Assembly: GCA_002269645.1 (NCBI GenBank) | Contig: NIVC01000666.1 | Span: forward strand, 186,001-250,000 | Direction: 5' to 3' | From: Macrostomum lignano | Lineage: Eukaryota | Length of the DNA: 64,000 bases | Shown: one piece after another, positions 46,418-60,941 of the stretch | How positions within the stretch are numbered: the stretch's first letter is position 1 | How the letters are laid out: the number at the start of each line of letters is the position of its first letter | Made by a program: the position numbers and the translations under genes | The notes under the pieces: generated by a model | Database searches by the model: none | Told to the model about the DNA's origin: nothing | The model's input: the letters and a program-made list of their open reading frames with translations, nothing else

Positions 46418-47394
46418 GGCGGTTTTTGTTGCATTCTTCCCTGTGGGGATCTCTCTTGTGGGTTGCCTGTTCTATGAGGTCGTTGCCGCGACAGAACGCG
46501 ACAGTCATTGCAAACCACAGATGCTAAAACAACTAGATATGGGGCCACTCAGGCATATAATACTTAGTAAACCAGCTTTCTACTTTCAGTTCAGTAGCAA
46601 AGAAGAATACATAAGCTATTTTATAAAAATAAAAGCCGCTGAAGTGACCTTAATAAGTTTAGAAGCCCAAGCTTGCAGGCGCGTAAACAACTGCTAATTG
46701 GGTCAGAAGTAATGTACATTGGCCAGTCCACTGAAATGTACATGGCAGCTTTAGGCTGGAATTCCGAGAAAGGCAATAAAACTTGGAGCGGGGCCGTGGG
46801 GTAGCTCGTAGTGTGAAAGGCGCGGTTGGAGGGTTTGGGCTGAGGAAGGGGGGAAAGCGCCAATAAATGAGCCTTGGCTTTAAAAATACATTAAAATGCT
46901 TCTGTTTAACTTACTACTGAACTGAAAGTAGTTTACACGCAAATGTGCTGCAGTTCTGTGTGCCAGCACTGGTGCATATGCAGTTTGAATTATTGCTACT
47001 GACGCTTTAGCAATTACAGGTGTTTGTACAGATGAAAACAATGTATAACTTTAAACTGAATAATTATGCTACTCATGTTAGTAGAAATTTGGAAACTTTG
47101 CAACTCTAATAATTCAAGTCCTGAGGCGAACGTTATTTTGAAGCATTTTGAACATTTGTCGTTTCAAGTTTAATAATTCATCAGGTAAACGTAGACTGCC
47201 AGCATTTTTGCTTACAGATAAACAGCTGCACTGACTGCCTTCGGAATTTGCTGTTCTTAGTATTTTTCCAAGTATTTTTAATGTTCACTTAGCACTTAAT
47301 TACTATTGTCAACTTTTTATGATATAAATGCTTGGTTTTGCAGACAACTGGCAAACAGGCAATGATAATTCATTCTTGCATTGATTTCATACAT

Positions 47395-49885
47395 GTGTCC
47401 TAGTGTCTGTCCTAGTGTGTCTGTCCTAGTGTGTCTGTCCTAGTGTGTCTGTCCTAGTGTGTCTGTCCTAGTGTGTCTGTCCTAGTGTGTCTGTCCTAGT
47501 GTGTCTGTCCTAGTGTGTCTGTGTGTCCCTATGTCCCTGTGTCTGTCCTAGTGTCTGTGTGTCCCTGTGTCTGTCCTAGTGTCTTTGTGTCCCTGTTTCT
47601 GTCCTAGTGTGTCTGTCCTAGTGTGTCTGTCCTAGTGTCTGTCCTAGTGTGTCTGTCCTAGTGTCTGTGTGTCCCTATGTCCCTGTGTCTGTCCTAGTGT
47701 CTGTGTGTCCCTGTGTCTGTCCTAGTGTCTTTGTGTCCCTGTTTCTGTCCTAGTGTGTCTGTCCTAGTGTGTCTGTCCTAGTGTCTTTGTGTCCCTGTGT
47801 CTGTCCTAGTGTCTGTCCTAGTGTGTCTGTCCTAGTGTCTTTGTGTCCCTGTGTCTGTCCTAGTGTGTCTGTCCTAGTTTGTCTGTCCTAGTGTCTGTGT
47901 GTCCCTGTGTCCTAGTGTCTGTGTCCCTGTGTCTGTCCTAGTGTCTGTGTGTCCCTGTGTCTGTCCTAGTGTCTGTGTGTCCCTGTGTCCTAATGTCTAT
48001 GTCCTAGTGTCTGTGTGTCCCTGTGTCTGTCCTAGTGTTTTTGTGTCCCTGTGTCCTAGTGCCTGTGTCCTAGTGTCTGTGTGTCCTAACTCCTAGTGTC
48101 TGTGTGTCCTAGTGTCTGTGTGTCCTAACTCCTAGTGTGTTTGTCCTAGTGTGTCTGTCCTAGTGTCTGTGTGTCCCTGTGTCTGTCCTAGTGTCTGTGT
48201 GTCCCTGTGTCTGTCCTAGTGTCTGTGTGTCCTAGTGTCTGTGTGTCCTAGTGTCTGTGTCCTAGTGTCTGTGTCCTAGTGTCTGTGTCTTAGGGTCTGT
48301 CCCTAGTGTCTGTCCTAGTGTCTGTAGAGTCTGTGTCCTAGTGTCTGTGTCCTAGTGTCTGTCCTAGTGTCTGTGTGTCCTAGTGTCTGCGTGTCCTAGT
48401 GTATGTGTGTCCTAGTGTCTGTACCTAGTGTCTGTGTCTCAGTGTCCCAGTGTCTGTGTGTCCTAGTGTCTGTGTCCTAGTTTCTGTGCCTAGTGTCTGT
48501 GCCTAGTGTCTGTGTCTCTGTGTCCCAGTGTCTGTGTGTCCTAGTGTCTGTGTGTCCTAGTGTCTGTGCCTAGTGTCTGTGTCTCAGTGTCCCAGTGTCT
48601 TTGTGTCCCTGTGTCTGTCCTAGTGTGTCTGTCCTAGTTTGTCTGTCCTAGTGTCTGTGTGTCCCTGTGTCCTAGTGTCTGTGTCCCTGTGTCTGTCCTA
48701 GTGTCTGTGTGTCCCTGTGTCTGTCCTAGTGTCTGTGTGTCCCTGTGTCCTAATGTCTATGTCCTAGTGTCTGTGTGTCCCTGTGTCTGTCCTAGTGTTT
48801 TTGTGTCCCTGTGTCCTAGTGCCTGTGTCCTAGTGTCTGTGTGTCCTAACTCCTAGTGTCTGTGTGTCCTAGTGTCTGTGTGTCCTAACTCCTAGTGTGT
48901 TTGTCCTAGTGTGTCTGTCCTAGTGTCTGTGTGTCCCTGTGTCTGTCCTAGTGTCTGTGTGTCCCTGTGTCTGTCCTAGTGTCTGTGTGTCCTAGTGTCT
49001 GTGTGTCCTAGTGTCTGTGTCCTAGTGTCTGTGTCCTAGTGTCTGTGTCTTAGGGTCTGTCCCTAGTGTCTGTCCTAGTGTCTGTAGAGTCTGTGTCCTA
49101 GTGTCTGTGTCCTAGTGTCTGTCCTAGTGTCTGTGTGTCCTAGTGTCTGCGTGTCCTAGTGTATGTGTGTCCTAGTGTCTGTACCTAGTGTCTGTGTCTC
49201 AGTGTCCCAGTGTCTGTGTGTCCTAGTGTCTGTGTCCTAGTTTCTGTGCCTAGTGTCTGTGCCTAGTGTCTGTGTCTCTGTGTCCCAGTGTCTGTGTGTC
49301 CTAGTGTCTGTGTGTCCTAGTGTCTGTGCCTAGTGTCTGTGTCTCAGTGTCCCAGTGTCTGTGTGTCCCTGTGTCTGTGTGTCCCTGTGTCTGTGTGTCC
49401 CTTTGTCTTTGTGTCCCTGTGTCTGTGTGTCCCTGTGTCTGTGTGTCCCTGTGTCTGTGTGTCCCTGTGTCTGTGTGTCCCTGTGTCTGTGTGTCCTAGT
49501 GTCAGTGACCTAATGTCTGTGTGTCCTAGTGTCTGTCCTAGTGTCCGTGTGTCCTAGTGTCCGTGTCTGTGTGTCCTAGTGTCTGTGTCCTAGTGTCTGC
49601 CTAGTGTCTGTGTGTCCTAGTGTCTGTGTGTGTGACACTAGTGTCTGTGTCCTAGTGTCTGTCCTAGTGTCCGTGTGTCCTATTGTCCCAGTGTCTGTGT
49701 GTCCCAGTGTCTGTGTGTCCCAGTGTCTGTGTCCCAGTGTCTGTGTGTCCCTGTGTCTGTGTGTCCTAGTGTCAGTGACCTAATGTCTGTGTGTCCCTGT
49801 GTCTGTCCAAGTGTCCGTGTGTCCTAGTGTCCCAGTGTCTGTGTGTCCCAGTGTCTGTGTCCCTGTGTCTGTGTGTCCCAGTGTC
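47395..49885. repeat. Complex GTCCTAGT/GTCT/GTCCCT satellite with a 760-bp higher-order duplication
   Basis: Identical 65-aa ORFs at 47899 and 48659 and shared rare variants at the same offset. Confidence 0.95.
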
Positions 49886-49974
49886 AGCATTGCAGCTGTC
49901 CTACACAATTTATGCTGTCTTCTGTCGCACCAAAGCCCGAATCGCTGCACCAAAGAGCCTCCGAGGTCGCCGCG

Positions 49975-52900
49975 ATGTCAGACGCGCTGGACCCGCTGAC
50001 CGCCGCGGCCGCCTTCGCCGAAGCCGATGATGAAGACACATCGCAACACCAGAAACTCAATGGTGACGGGCCCGCCGCGGTCCTGCCCGCCTCGCCAGAG
50101 CTCACCCTTGCCGGCAGTCGGCGATTCGGCGATGACAACTCGCTGATGACCAGCTTTGAAGAAGGCGGCGGGGATGAAGACGAAGACAAAGGCGAAGACA
50201 GCGGCGAAGGCGAGAGCGACGCCTCAGTGACCGAGATTGTGGCCAAGTCTACTGTGCGACCGCAGCCTCGAAGCCCGCTGCCGCCACCGCCGCCTCCGCC
50301 GCAGCAGCAGCAGCAACAGCAGAATCAGCCGGCATCTTCAGCAGCGGCAGCGGCTTCCAAGCAGGAGTCCAACGACTTGTTTGTTACTGTTGACGATCCG
50401 ATCAAAAAAGTGAGACCATCGTTGGTCTCTACTTCATCGCTAGATCCTCACCCACCCCTACATGGTCTCCATCCCCCCACAGAATCCTTAGCGGATCCCT
50501 AATCCGCCCCTAAGCATTCTTTTCCCCCTCTAAAGGATCCTCATCCGCCCTCTAAAGGATCCTCATCCGCCCCTGAAGGATCCTCATCCGCCCTCTAAAG
50601 GATCCTCATCCGCCCCTGAAAGATCCTCATCCGCCCTCTAAAGCATCCTCTTCCGCCCCCTAAAGGATCCTCTTCCGCCCCCTAAAGCATCCTCTTCCGC
50701 CCTCTAAAGGATCCTCATCCGCCCCTAAAGGATCCTTATCCGCCCCTGAAGGATCCTCATCCGCCCTCTAAAGGATCCTCTTCCGCCCCTAAAGGATCCT
50801 CTTCCGCCCCTGAAGGATCCTCATCCGCCCCTAAAGAATCCTTATCCGCCCCATAAAAAATCTTCATCCACCCCCTAAAGGATCCTCATCCGCCCCCTAA
50901 AGCATCCTCTTCCGCCCTCTAAAGGATCCTCATCCGCCCCCTAAAGGATCCTTATCCGCCCCTGAAGGATCCTCATCCGCCCTCTAAAGGATCCTCTTCC
51001 GCCCCCTAAAGGATCCTTATCCGCCCCTGAAGGATCCTCTTCCGCCCCCTAAAGGATCCTCTTCCGCCCCTGAAGGATCCTCATCCGCCCCTAAAGAATC
51101 CTTATCCGCCCCATAAAAAATCTTCATCCACCCCTAAAGGATCCTTATCCGCCCCTGAAGGATCCTCATCCGCCCTCTAAAGGATCCTCTTCCGCCCCCT
51201 AAAGCATCCTCTTCCGCCCTCTAAAGGATCCTCATCCGCCCCCTGAAGGATCCTCATCCGCCCCTTCCGTCCGCAGGTGACCACCATGGAGGCCTTCGTG
51301 CTCTACCGGGTGAGCAGCAACGGCACCCGTCCTGAGCTGGGCGACCGCGTCCACTCGGTCCGGCGCCGGTTCACCGACTTCTCCCGGCTCCGGATGGCCC
51401 TGGCCGAGGCCTGGCCGGGCCGGGTGCTGCCGCCGCTGCCCGAGAAGCACCCGCTGGCCACCATCGACCGTTTCGACTCTCGGTTTGTCGGCCGGCGCGC
51501 CCGAGCCCTTCAACGATTTCTCGGCCGGCTAGCCGACAATCCGGTCCTGTCAGCGGCGCCCGTGTTCCTGGCCTTCCTGACCGCTCCGGACAGTCAGGAG
51601 TTCGAGCGCCAGTGCAAGCAGCTGCAGCAGCCGCAGGCCTCCCTGCTCCCCCAGCTGCTGCTGTCCAAGAGCCGGCGTGCCGCTCAGTCCTCCGCTCTCC
51701 GTCCGGAGTTCGTCGCTGCCGACCGAGTCGCGGCCGGAGCCGGCCGGCTGTTTGGCCGGTTCGAGAAGGCGGCCGACCGGCTGGCCGGGGAGCTGCGGGG
51801 ACTCGCGGCCGAGGAGGCGGCCCTGGCGGAGGCGCTGTACAGCCTGCAGCTGGCCGAGAAGGCCTGGGCTGCTGATAGCGGCTGCGACAGTGCCGCTGTT
51901 GAAGACCTGCGCAGGGCGGCAAAAGCGGCCAGCGACGGGGTTCGGGCGGCCGAGGATCTGGCCGAGTTCGCCTCCGAGGAGGTCGGCCAGCCGATGCACG
52001 AGTACCTGCTGTACACCGGCTGCGTGAGGGACTGCCTGACCAGAGCGTCCGGGCTGCAGGTGAGACTGAGTGCGGGTCTGAGAGTGACTGAGTGCGGGGG
52101 GTCTGAGTGACTGAGTGCGAGGGGTCTGAGTGACTGAGTGCGGGTCTGAGAGTGACTGAGTGCGGGTCTGAGACTGCCTGAGTGCGGGTCTGAGAGTGAC
52201 TGAGTGCGGGTCTGAGACTGCCTGAGTGCGGGTCTGAGAGTGCCTGAGTGCGGGTGTGAGAGTGCCTGAGTGCGGGTCTGAGAGTGACTGAGTGCGGGTC
52301 TAGGAGTGCCTGAGTGCGGGTCTGAGAGTGACTGAGTGCGGGTCTAGGAGTGACTGAGTGCGGGTCTAGGAGTGACTGAGTGCGGGTCTAGGAGTGACTG
52401 AGTGCGGGTCTAGGAGTGACTGAGTGCGGGTCTAGGAGTGACTGAGTGCGGGTCTAGGAGTGACTGAGTGCGGGTCTAGGAGTGACTGAGTGCGGGTCTA
52501 GGAGTGACTGAGTGCGGGTCTAGGAGTGACTGAGTGCGGGTCTAGGAGTGACTGAGTGTGGGCTTGTAGTGACTGAGCACCGGTCTCAAACCGCCCCAAA
52601 CGAACAAACAGGCGCAGGCCCAGGCAGCTCAGGACAGCCTGGAGAAGGCCCGGACCGCCGAGCAGCAGCAGCCGACGCAGCCTTCGTCATCGGCGGCGGC
52701 CAGCGCCGAGCGCATCGCCGAGCTGTCCAGCAGGTCCAACCGCTTGTCCGACATCGCCAGCGCCGCCTGCGCTGACCTGACGGCCGACTTGGACCGCTGG
52801 CGCCTGGACCGGATCCGGGACACCCGCACCCTCCTGCACGGCCTGGCCGCCGCTCACACCGACCGCCTGACGACCACCGCCGAGGCCTGGGCCGCCGCCG

Positions 52901-53013
52901 CGGCCACCGCCAACGAATCGGCGGGGTCGAATTCGCCTTCGCTGGCCGCCCGGCGACAACGGCCGCAGTTGCAACGGATGGACGATCGGGAGGGAGACAG
53001 CGATGATGATTGA
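49975..53013 (+). CDS. PX-BAR sorting nexin of the SNX7/SNX30 type, about 539 aa; join(49975..50409,51277..52059,52612..53013); alternative in-frame ATG at 49912
   Basis: DLFVTVDDPIKK|VTTMEAFVLYRV, VRRRFTDF..LR..L, LPPLPEK, DRFDSRFV..RARALQRFL.RLADNPVLS...F..FLTA; BAR helices; phase-0 introns. Confidence 0.88.
50500..51265. repeat. 21/22-bp minisatellite (AAGGATCCTCATCCGCCCCT) filling SNX intron 1 and running into the acceptor
   Basis: Read directly. Confidence 0.95.
52060..52560. repeat. 22-bp minisatellite (GAGTGACTGAGTGCGGGTCTAG) starting at the donor of SNX intron 2
   Basis: Read directly. Confidence 0.95.
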
Positions 53014-53014
53014 T

Positions 53015-55000
<1,986 letters not shown>

Positions 55001-56126
55001 TACTTGCCATACTCGTCGATTGGTCTTAACCACACCTCACCTGGGAACACATGTTTAATGTTCTATTTAACTACTCGCATTAGTGTATTTCCATCGAATC
55101 ATGTTTTAATAAGTTTGTTCATTGTAAAAAGAAGTATTTTTATCTAAAAAATTGCAACAGAAACGGTAAACGATGTAAATCAGTTGGTGTTCTGATTTAA
55201 GCGGCAATAATTATATTTTTATGCAGAAATGTAATCTCAATCTGTCTGGCATTCATTTTTTGTAAAAGATGTAAACTTTGTGCGTCAAGCGAGAAACTGA
55301 AGCAGAAAGAATGTTTGGTTAGTCAAGCGATACTGGTGCGTACTGTTATTAGAAAGCGATCGAAATTTCAAAATCGAAAGATGCGGAGGTGCACCTGAGC
55401 TAGTCTACTAGTTGTTGGTTGATTAGGCAGGCAGAGGCAGCATTTTCGTGGCTCTGTAGTTTTGTAGGAAAAGTTCGAAAATCAAAATCAAATGAGAGCA
55501 CCCAGCAGGAGAGAAGATTCTCCTGCTGACGAAAATCCTCGAAGCAGAGCAATATATAGTGCTCAAGCTTGTGTCTACAGGGTGAGCAGTGCAAGGGGTG
55601 AATTTATAACAAATAGACGTGCATCAAATGACATATCAATATAGCAAGTAAAAAATGCCAACTGTGTTATTTAGGCAAAAAAGCTGTTTTGTGTTAATCA
55701 GTACTCTAAGTAGGAGTTGCAGTGTCGCTTTAGCTTCTGATAGATCATCGACCAAGGCTTGGGACTAAACTTTGATCTCTTATTTATGTTCGTTTAAAAA
55801 ACGACTGTACAAATGTACATATAATGGTTTCTAGACAGATTTCTCTGCCCCAGCGGGATGTACATTGAGTGGGGCGTTTAAGTGTACAGTCGCTTCTTAT
55901 CTTATTTTTCTACCCCACCCCGCCAAGTCCGCCAAGCTTAACGCTCAAGCGATTCTTTTTCCTACCAACTAGCCCCCCTACGGTTGCACTGTTCAATTAA
56001 TTTTCCATCAAATTTTCATTGCATTGCATTGACACTGCAACATTGGGCTTTGGGGTCTTTTGGGGACAAGTGCGTGCGGTTGCGGTTTCTAATGATTTTC
56101 AACTCAAAAGAAAATGCCAACCCTGA

Positions 56127-59100
56127 TTAGAATTCATCGTTTCGATCTTGATGAAGTCTAGAGCCCGTAGACGAGGACGATGACGAGATTGAAGAAGACA
56201 CGCCGCTGTTGTCTCTGGACTCTGACGCAGCAGCAGCCTGAGCCGCCGCAGCCGCAGACAGATTTACTCGAAGCATCTGCTGATGCTCCATCAGCTGGAC
56301 TGGGGTTGGCACTGAAAATTGAACAATGGGGCACGGGCTGGGCACGTTGTTGCACACCAGATCGCGCAGAGTCGCCTCCGTTACCATGCGGAAACCCTCC
56401 GAGCCGCCGAAAGTGGCCGGTCGCCACAGCTGCGGGCTGGCCAAGGCGTTTCCAAAGATGCCCTGCAGCGAGTAGGGGCTGCCGATTTCGATCATGGAGG
56501 AGCCAAACATGGCATGCGGCCGGTGCCGCTCCACCACCAGGCCTGGGTAGAACTCCACCGCGTCCACGTCTTTGTAGAGCGAGCGCAGGGCGCAGGCGAG
56601 GTCCTCGTCGCCACCTGGAGCGCATGTGAGAGCAGGTGCAAGAATGATATTTGGAATCTTAAGATGGCGCTAAGAAAGGGATTCTGCAGAATTGACTTCT
56701 ATTCAAAGCTTAAGAACATTTCCACTGAGTGTTCTCTTTCACTCACCGGCCAACTCCTGGAAGGTCTTGTACGGCTTCAATCGGAATCGCTTCCTGTAGG
56801 CATTCAACGACTGCAGGCGCAGCGTGCGGCCCATCTGGACGGCCGCCCTGGCCGCAATCAGCGTCGGCTCCGGGTGGTTGTTGGCGGTGAAGGAGCCGCC
56901 GATGCTGTTCACCAGGCCCTCCACGTAGTCCCGGCTGGAATGGTCCAGCAGCTTGGTGCCGTTGAACATCTCGTCTTTCAGTCGGCGGGTCGTCCCGGCA
57001 ACCCTGTAGTCGTCGGCCATCAGTGGATGCCAGTGGTACAGCAGGTTGAACTCGGCCGCGATGCGGTTCTGGTACTGCATAGCCTCGCCGTGCATCAGAG
57101 TCGGGTCGAACAGCAACTTGAAGTGGTAGTTGCTCAGGTGCTGCACGTACTCTTCCACCACTATCTTGAGCGTCTTGCCGATCAGGATCAGCTTGGTGGT
57201 CTGGAAGATTCGTTCGTCGTCCCAGCCGGGATGCAAGCGGGCCAGCAACCCGGCGACCCGGTTGTGCTCGCGCAGGTAGATCGTCTGCCACAGGGCACCC
57301 GTGGGCAACAGATTGGCGATCTGATGGCCAACTGCGAATTGGCGGCTGACATTACGCGGGTTTGGCGCCGGGTCTGGCAGCTGTAGGTGCTGGCTGAGGA
57401 ACGGCGGGAATTCCTCGCCGCGCAGCAGCTGGGAGCGCATCCGGCCGCGACGGAACTCGCGCAGCCGGTTCTCCACCTCGGTGTTCTTTCCGTACAGGTG
57501 GCTCACGTAGATCTGCGAGAGGAGGTTGGGACTCTGCTAGGCCCAGGTTGTCAGCTGAACACCAGCCTCACTCCCTGCCCTGACATATCAATGTCACTCC
57601 CTGCCCCAATATTGGTACACCCACCACCTCACTGTCAGCCCCGATACACCCACCACCTCACTCCCTGCCTTATTACATCCACCACCACCTCCCTTCCTGC
57701 CCCAATACACCCACCACCTCACTGTCTGCCCCAATATTGGTATACCAAAACCTCACTGTCAGCCCCGATACACCCACCACCTCACTCCTTGTCCCCAATA
57801 ACACCCACCACCTCACTCCCTGCCCAAATACACCCACCACCTCACTCCCTGCCTTATTACACTCACCACCTCCCTCCTGCCCCAATACACCCACCACCTC
57901 ACTCCTTGTCCCCAATAACACCCACCACCTCCCCTCCTGCCCCAGTACACCCACCACCTCACTGTCAGCCCCGATACACCCACCACCTCACTCCCTGTCC
58001 CTAATACACCCACCACTTCTCTCACCCTTCTTTGCCCCAACCGTGCCCAACTCGCTTCTACACAAACCAATAACACATCTAAACAACAATTGCCCAGCTC
58101 GCTCACATTATGGTCGCCCCACGTATAGCCGGGATGCTGCCGAGGGTCGGACTTGAAAAACATGTGCGAAAAGTGCTGGGCAAACGAGCCGAACAGCATG
58201 TTGGTGCCGATCGCGCTTGGCTTGAACGGCTGGCCAGGCTGGCGTTTGAACAGAATGGCGACCACTTCGCCCACTGTCGGCAGCTGCTTCGGGCCTGAGG
58301 GCCGTCAGTTTTGGGAGCGATGCTTGTTCAGGGATGCAGAAAAAAGGTCAAAGGAGTCAAAGACTGTGTGGATGGGTAAACTGGGACCAAAGGTGGTCAA
58401 TGACTCGCCCATCCAATTCCAAACCAAACTTACTCTAAAGAGGTACGGATACTACTTTCAGATGCAGACATGCAGAACTGTATTCAGATAGCAGGAAATA
58501 CAAAATAAAAAGTTTGTTGTTAAAAATAGCAGACCACAGTGTTTAATTTGCTTATCACTAATTATTCAATGTTTTCAAATATTGTAAACAGATCTTACGG
58601 GCTAGACAGAAGAATATGGTGGAGTCTACAATTAATTCAGAATACTGAGAGACAATGTGGGATGGGCAGGAATGAACGGCGAGAGCCTGGGGTAGGGCGA
58701 GAGAAGGAATGGCAGCGGAGCTCGAATCCACGCTGTCTGGCGGGCAGCGCACACAGCAACAAACCACGTGGTGATGGCCGAAGCTTCAGTGTGCAGAGAG
58801 AGAAGTTAATGCAGTGACCTCAGCTCCATCTCATGCACGCTATAAAGAGATTTTATGGGCCACCGCAAACACGCAAAGCATGCACATGGGAAATGGCAAT
58901 AACAGCAGACACACCTGGAGAGGGAAATGGCAGTTCGACAGACACACCTGGAGAGGGAAATGGCAATAACAACAGACACACCTAGAGAGGGAAATGGCAA
59001 TAACAACAGACACACCTAGAGAGGGAAATGGCAATAACAACAGACACACCTGGAGAGAGAAATGGCAATAACAACAGACACACCTGGAGAGATAAAAACT

Positions 59101-59728
59101 GCAACGAACTCGTGGAATCCAGCAGCTGTCACTCACCAACGACGCCCATGGGTGTCGGGCAGTTCAAGGGCACGGGCGGCAGAGTCTGGCTGTAGTAGGA
59201 CATGTTGCTGAAACCTTCGACTGTCGTGTACCCGACTCCCGCCCGGAAGGACGGCGGCACGGAGACCACCCCGAGACGGACCTTCAGCACCAGGCGCATA
59301 AACAGTCGGCGGAGAAAAGTCAAACGGTTCACAACTGACCAGAGCGGCCGGAAATTGGTCACCAGGTAGTGAGTAGTCTCGGTGTCCGGGCGGAGCAGCC
59401 TGGCTAACCAGGTGGACCAGTTGGACCGCTGGCAGATCCGGCCGTAGTAGCCCGTATTGGTGCAGTCGCACTCGAAGCCGCCTGCGGAGCCCTTTTCCAT
59501 GCAAATGCCGCCATTTTTGCAGGGCGACGAGCAGCAGGGGTTGAACTGCGATTCCCCGGCTGGACTCCGGCCCCGCTGATGAGGCTGCTGAGACTGCGGC
59601 TGCTGGTAGCCGCTGGACCTCAAGAATAGGACTAAGAGAGTCAGACAGCTGACTGCCAGGGCCCACTTGGCGGCTGACGCGGCTGCGGGTGTTGGAGACG
59701 GTGGCACTGATGTACATGTAAAGCTAGG
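56127..59728 (-). CDS. PTGS: Cyclooxygenase / prostaglandin G/H synthase, about 670-678 aa; complement(join(56127..56614,56747..57512,58107..58294,59137..59707 or 59728)); start codon unresolved
   Basis: Signal peptide, EGF domain NPCCSSPCKNGGIC..CDCTNTGYYG, membrane-binding helices, VR(120), FAQHFSHMFF, LREHNRV, EEYVQHLSNY(355), EFNLLY(385)HWH(388)P, FGSSMIEIGSPYS(530)L, C-terminal NDEF; phases 1,0,1 compatible. Confidence 0.95.
57555..58015. repeat. About 29-bp C-rich minisatellite in COX intron 2
   Basis: CACCCACCACCTCACTCCCTGCCCCAATA-type units. Confidence 0.9.
58880..59090. repeat. 34-bp minisatellite in COX intron 1
   Basis: GAGAGGGAAATGGCAATAACAACAGACACACCTG units. Confidence 0.9.
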
Positions 59729-59817
59729 CTTGGATTAGAAGTTTATTTTTAATGTGTTGCCAGATCGCATGAAGGAATCGACACAAGTTCTTGTCCGCTA
59801 CGAGCATGCTCACGCTA

Positions 59818-59883
59818 GGGGGCTGTCGCCTAGCGGTTGGATCGTCGGACTCACGACTTTTAAGGTCGGGGGTTCGATTCCCG

Positions 59884-59884
<1 letters not shown>
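59818..59884 (+). mobile_element. Degenerate tRNA-like/SINE head followed by (TCTA)n (59884-60085)
   Basis: GGGGGCTGTCGCCTAGCGG (A-box-like) and GGTTCGATTCC (B box) at tRNA-like spacing; the anticodon stem does not pair, so not a functional tRNA. Confidence 0.55.
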
Positions 59885-59981
<97 letters not shown>

Positions 59982-59982
59982 G

Positions 59983-60031
<49 letters not shown>

Positions 60032-60032
60032 G

Positions 60033-60087
<55 letters not shown>

Positions 60088-60941
60088 AGCTAAGAATAAA
60101 ATGCAGTTGTTTCTCTTTCTAACTTTCCGGTGTTACATTACGTTAATCAAAATCGTTAGCGCGGAACGATTTCTATGGAGTTACGAATTAGTTTTTAAAC
60201 GGTACAGTTGAAAGCACAGATCGCTACTTACTTTTCATGAGCACGGTATTAATATGTATAAAGCAGGTTGCTGAGTGGCGGGTAAAGTGTGTGCTTAAGC
60301 CTTAAACTATAAAGTTGTCGGAAAGAATGGCGGACCGCAAGCCGGTTTCTAAATTTAGAACTCGAAACGTCTCTCTTTCCGAGGCGAAATCTGTATTGCG
60401 TTTATGTGACGTAGTTTATAGCTCAGGTGAGCAGTTGTGGTGAGCCGGCTCTCATGTCACAATTTATTAACTCTGCTGCCGCCCACCCTCCGAGCCCTGA
60501 TTGGCCGCCACCGCGTGGGTCCAGCCATGACGACGCGCTGGTTGGCGCGAATTCAAACTGGCAAATAGTATTTGGGGCAGAGCCGAGCAGACTCAAATAG
60601 AGAATTTAGACCGGCATCGGGCATGAATGGTGAGAGCCGCAGCGGCTGGGCAGATGGGGCGACTGTGCAGCAGTGCCCTTAGTTGACCCTTTGCGTAGCC
60701 AAAGCAGAGCCCGCGTGTTGCTAAAATAATCTTACAATGATCTCACTGAGCGCAGGAATTTCTGGCAGCCCCCCCCCCTTCCCAGTAGTGAAGGCATAAG
60801 TGCCTGCCGCGCCGCCGTGTGAATGGAATTAAATTTAGCCAACGAACGAACCAGCGGGCCTGCCAGGGAGCAGGGCTGGGGCCGCCAGCTGCACAGAGCG
60901 TAGGCGGGGGCGCTGTTGTCCATTCGTCATAGGGTGGCGAG

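Noticed and set aside
47150-47200. Hammerhead ribozyme (CTGATGA...GAAA on the minus strand)
   Set aside because: Stems I, II and III cannot be formed.
56180-57386. Plus-strand ORFs of 149 and 355 aa overlapping COX
   Set aside because: Antisense shadows of GC3-rich coding exons; the same applies to ORFs opposite PLAC8, SNX, ZIP9 and the TNF-like exon.
59133-59717. 194-aa MYISATV ORF as the COX N-terminus
   Set aside because: Wrong frame; the EGF and membrane-binding motifs are in the frame starting at GTG 59707.
59818-59884. Functional tRNA-Val(CAC)
   Set aside because: Anticodon and acceptor stems do not pair; only the A/B boxes remain.
60502-60520. ER-stress element upstream of COX
   Set aside because: Sequence is ATTGG-N9-CGTGG, i.e. 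CCACG-N9-CCAAT on the other strand, the reverse order of the CCAAT-N9-CCACG consensus.
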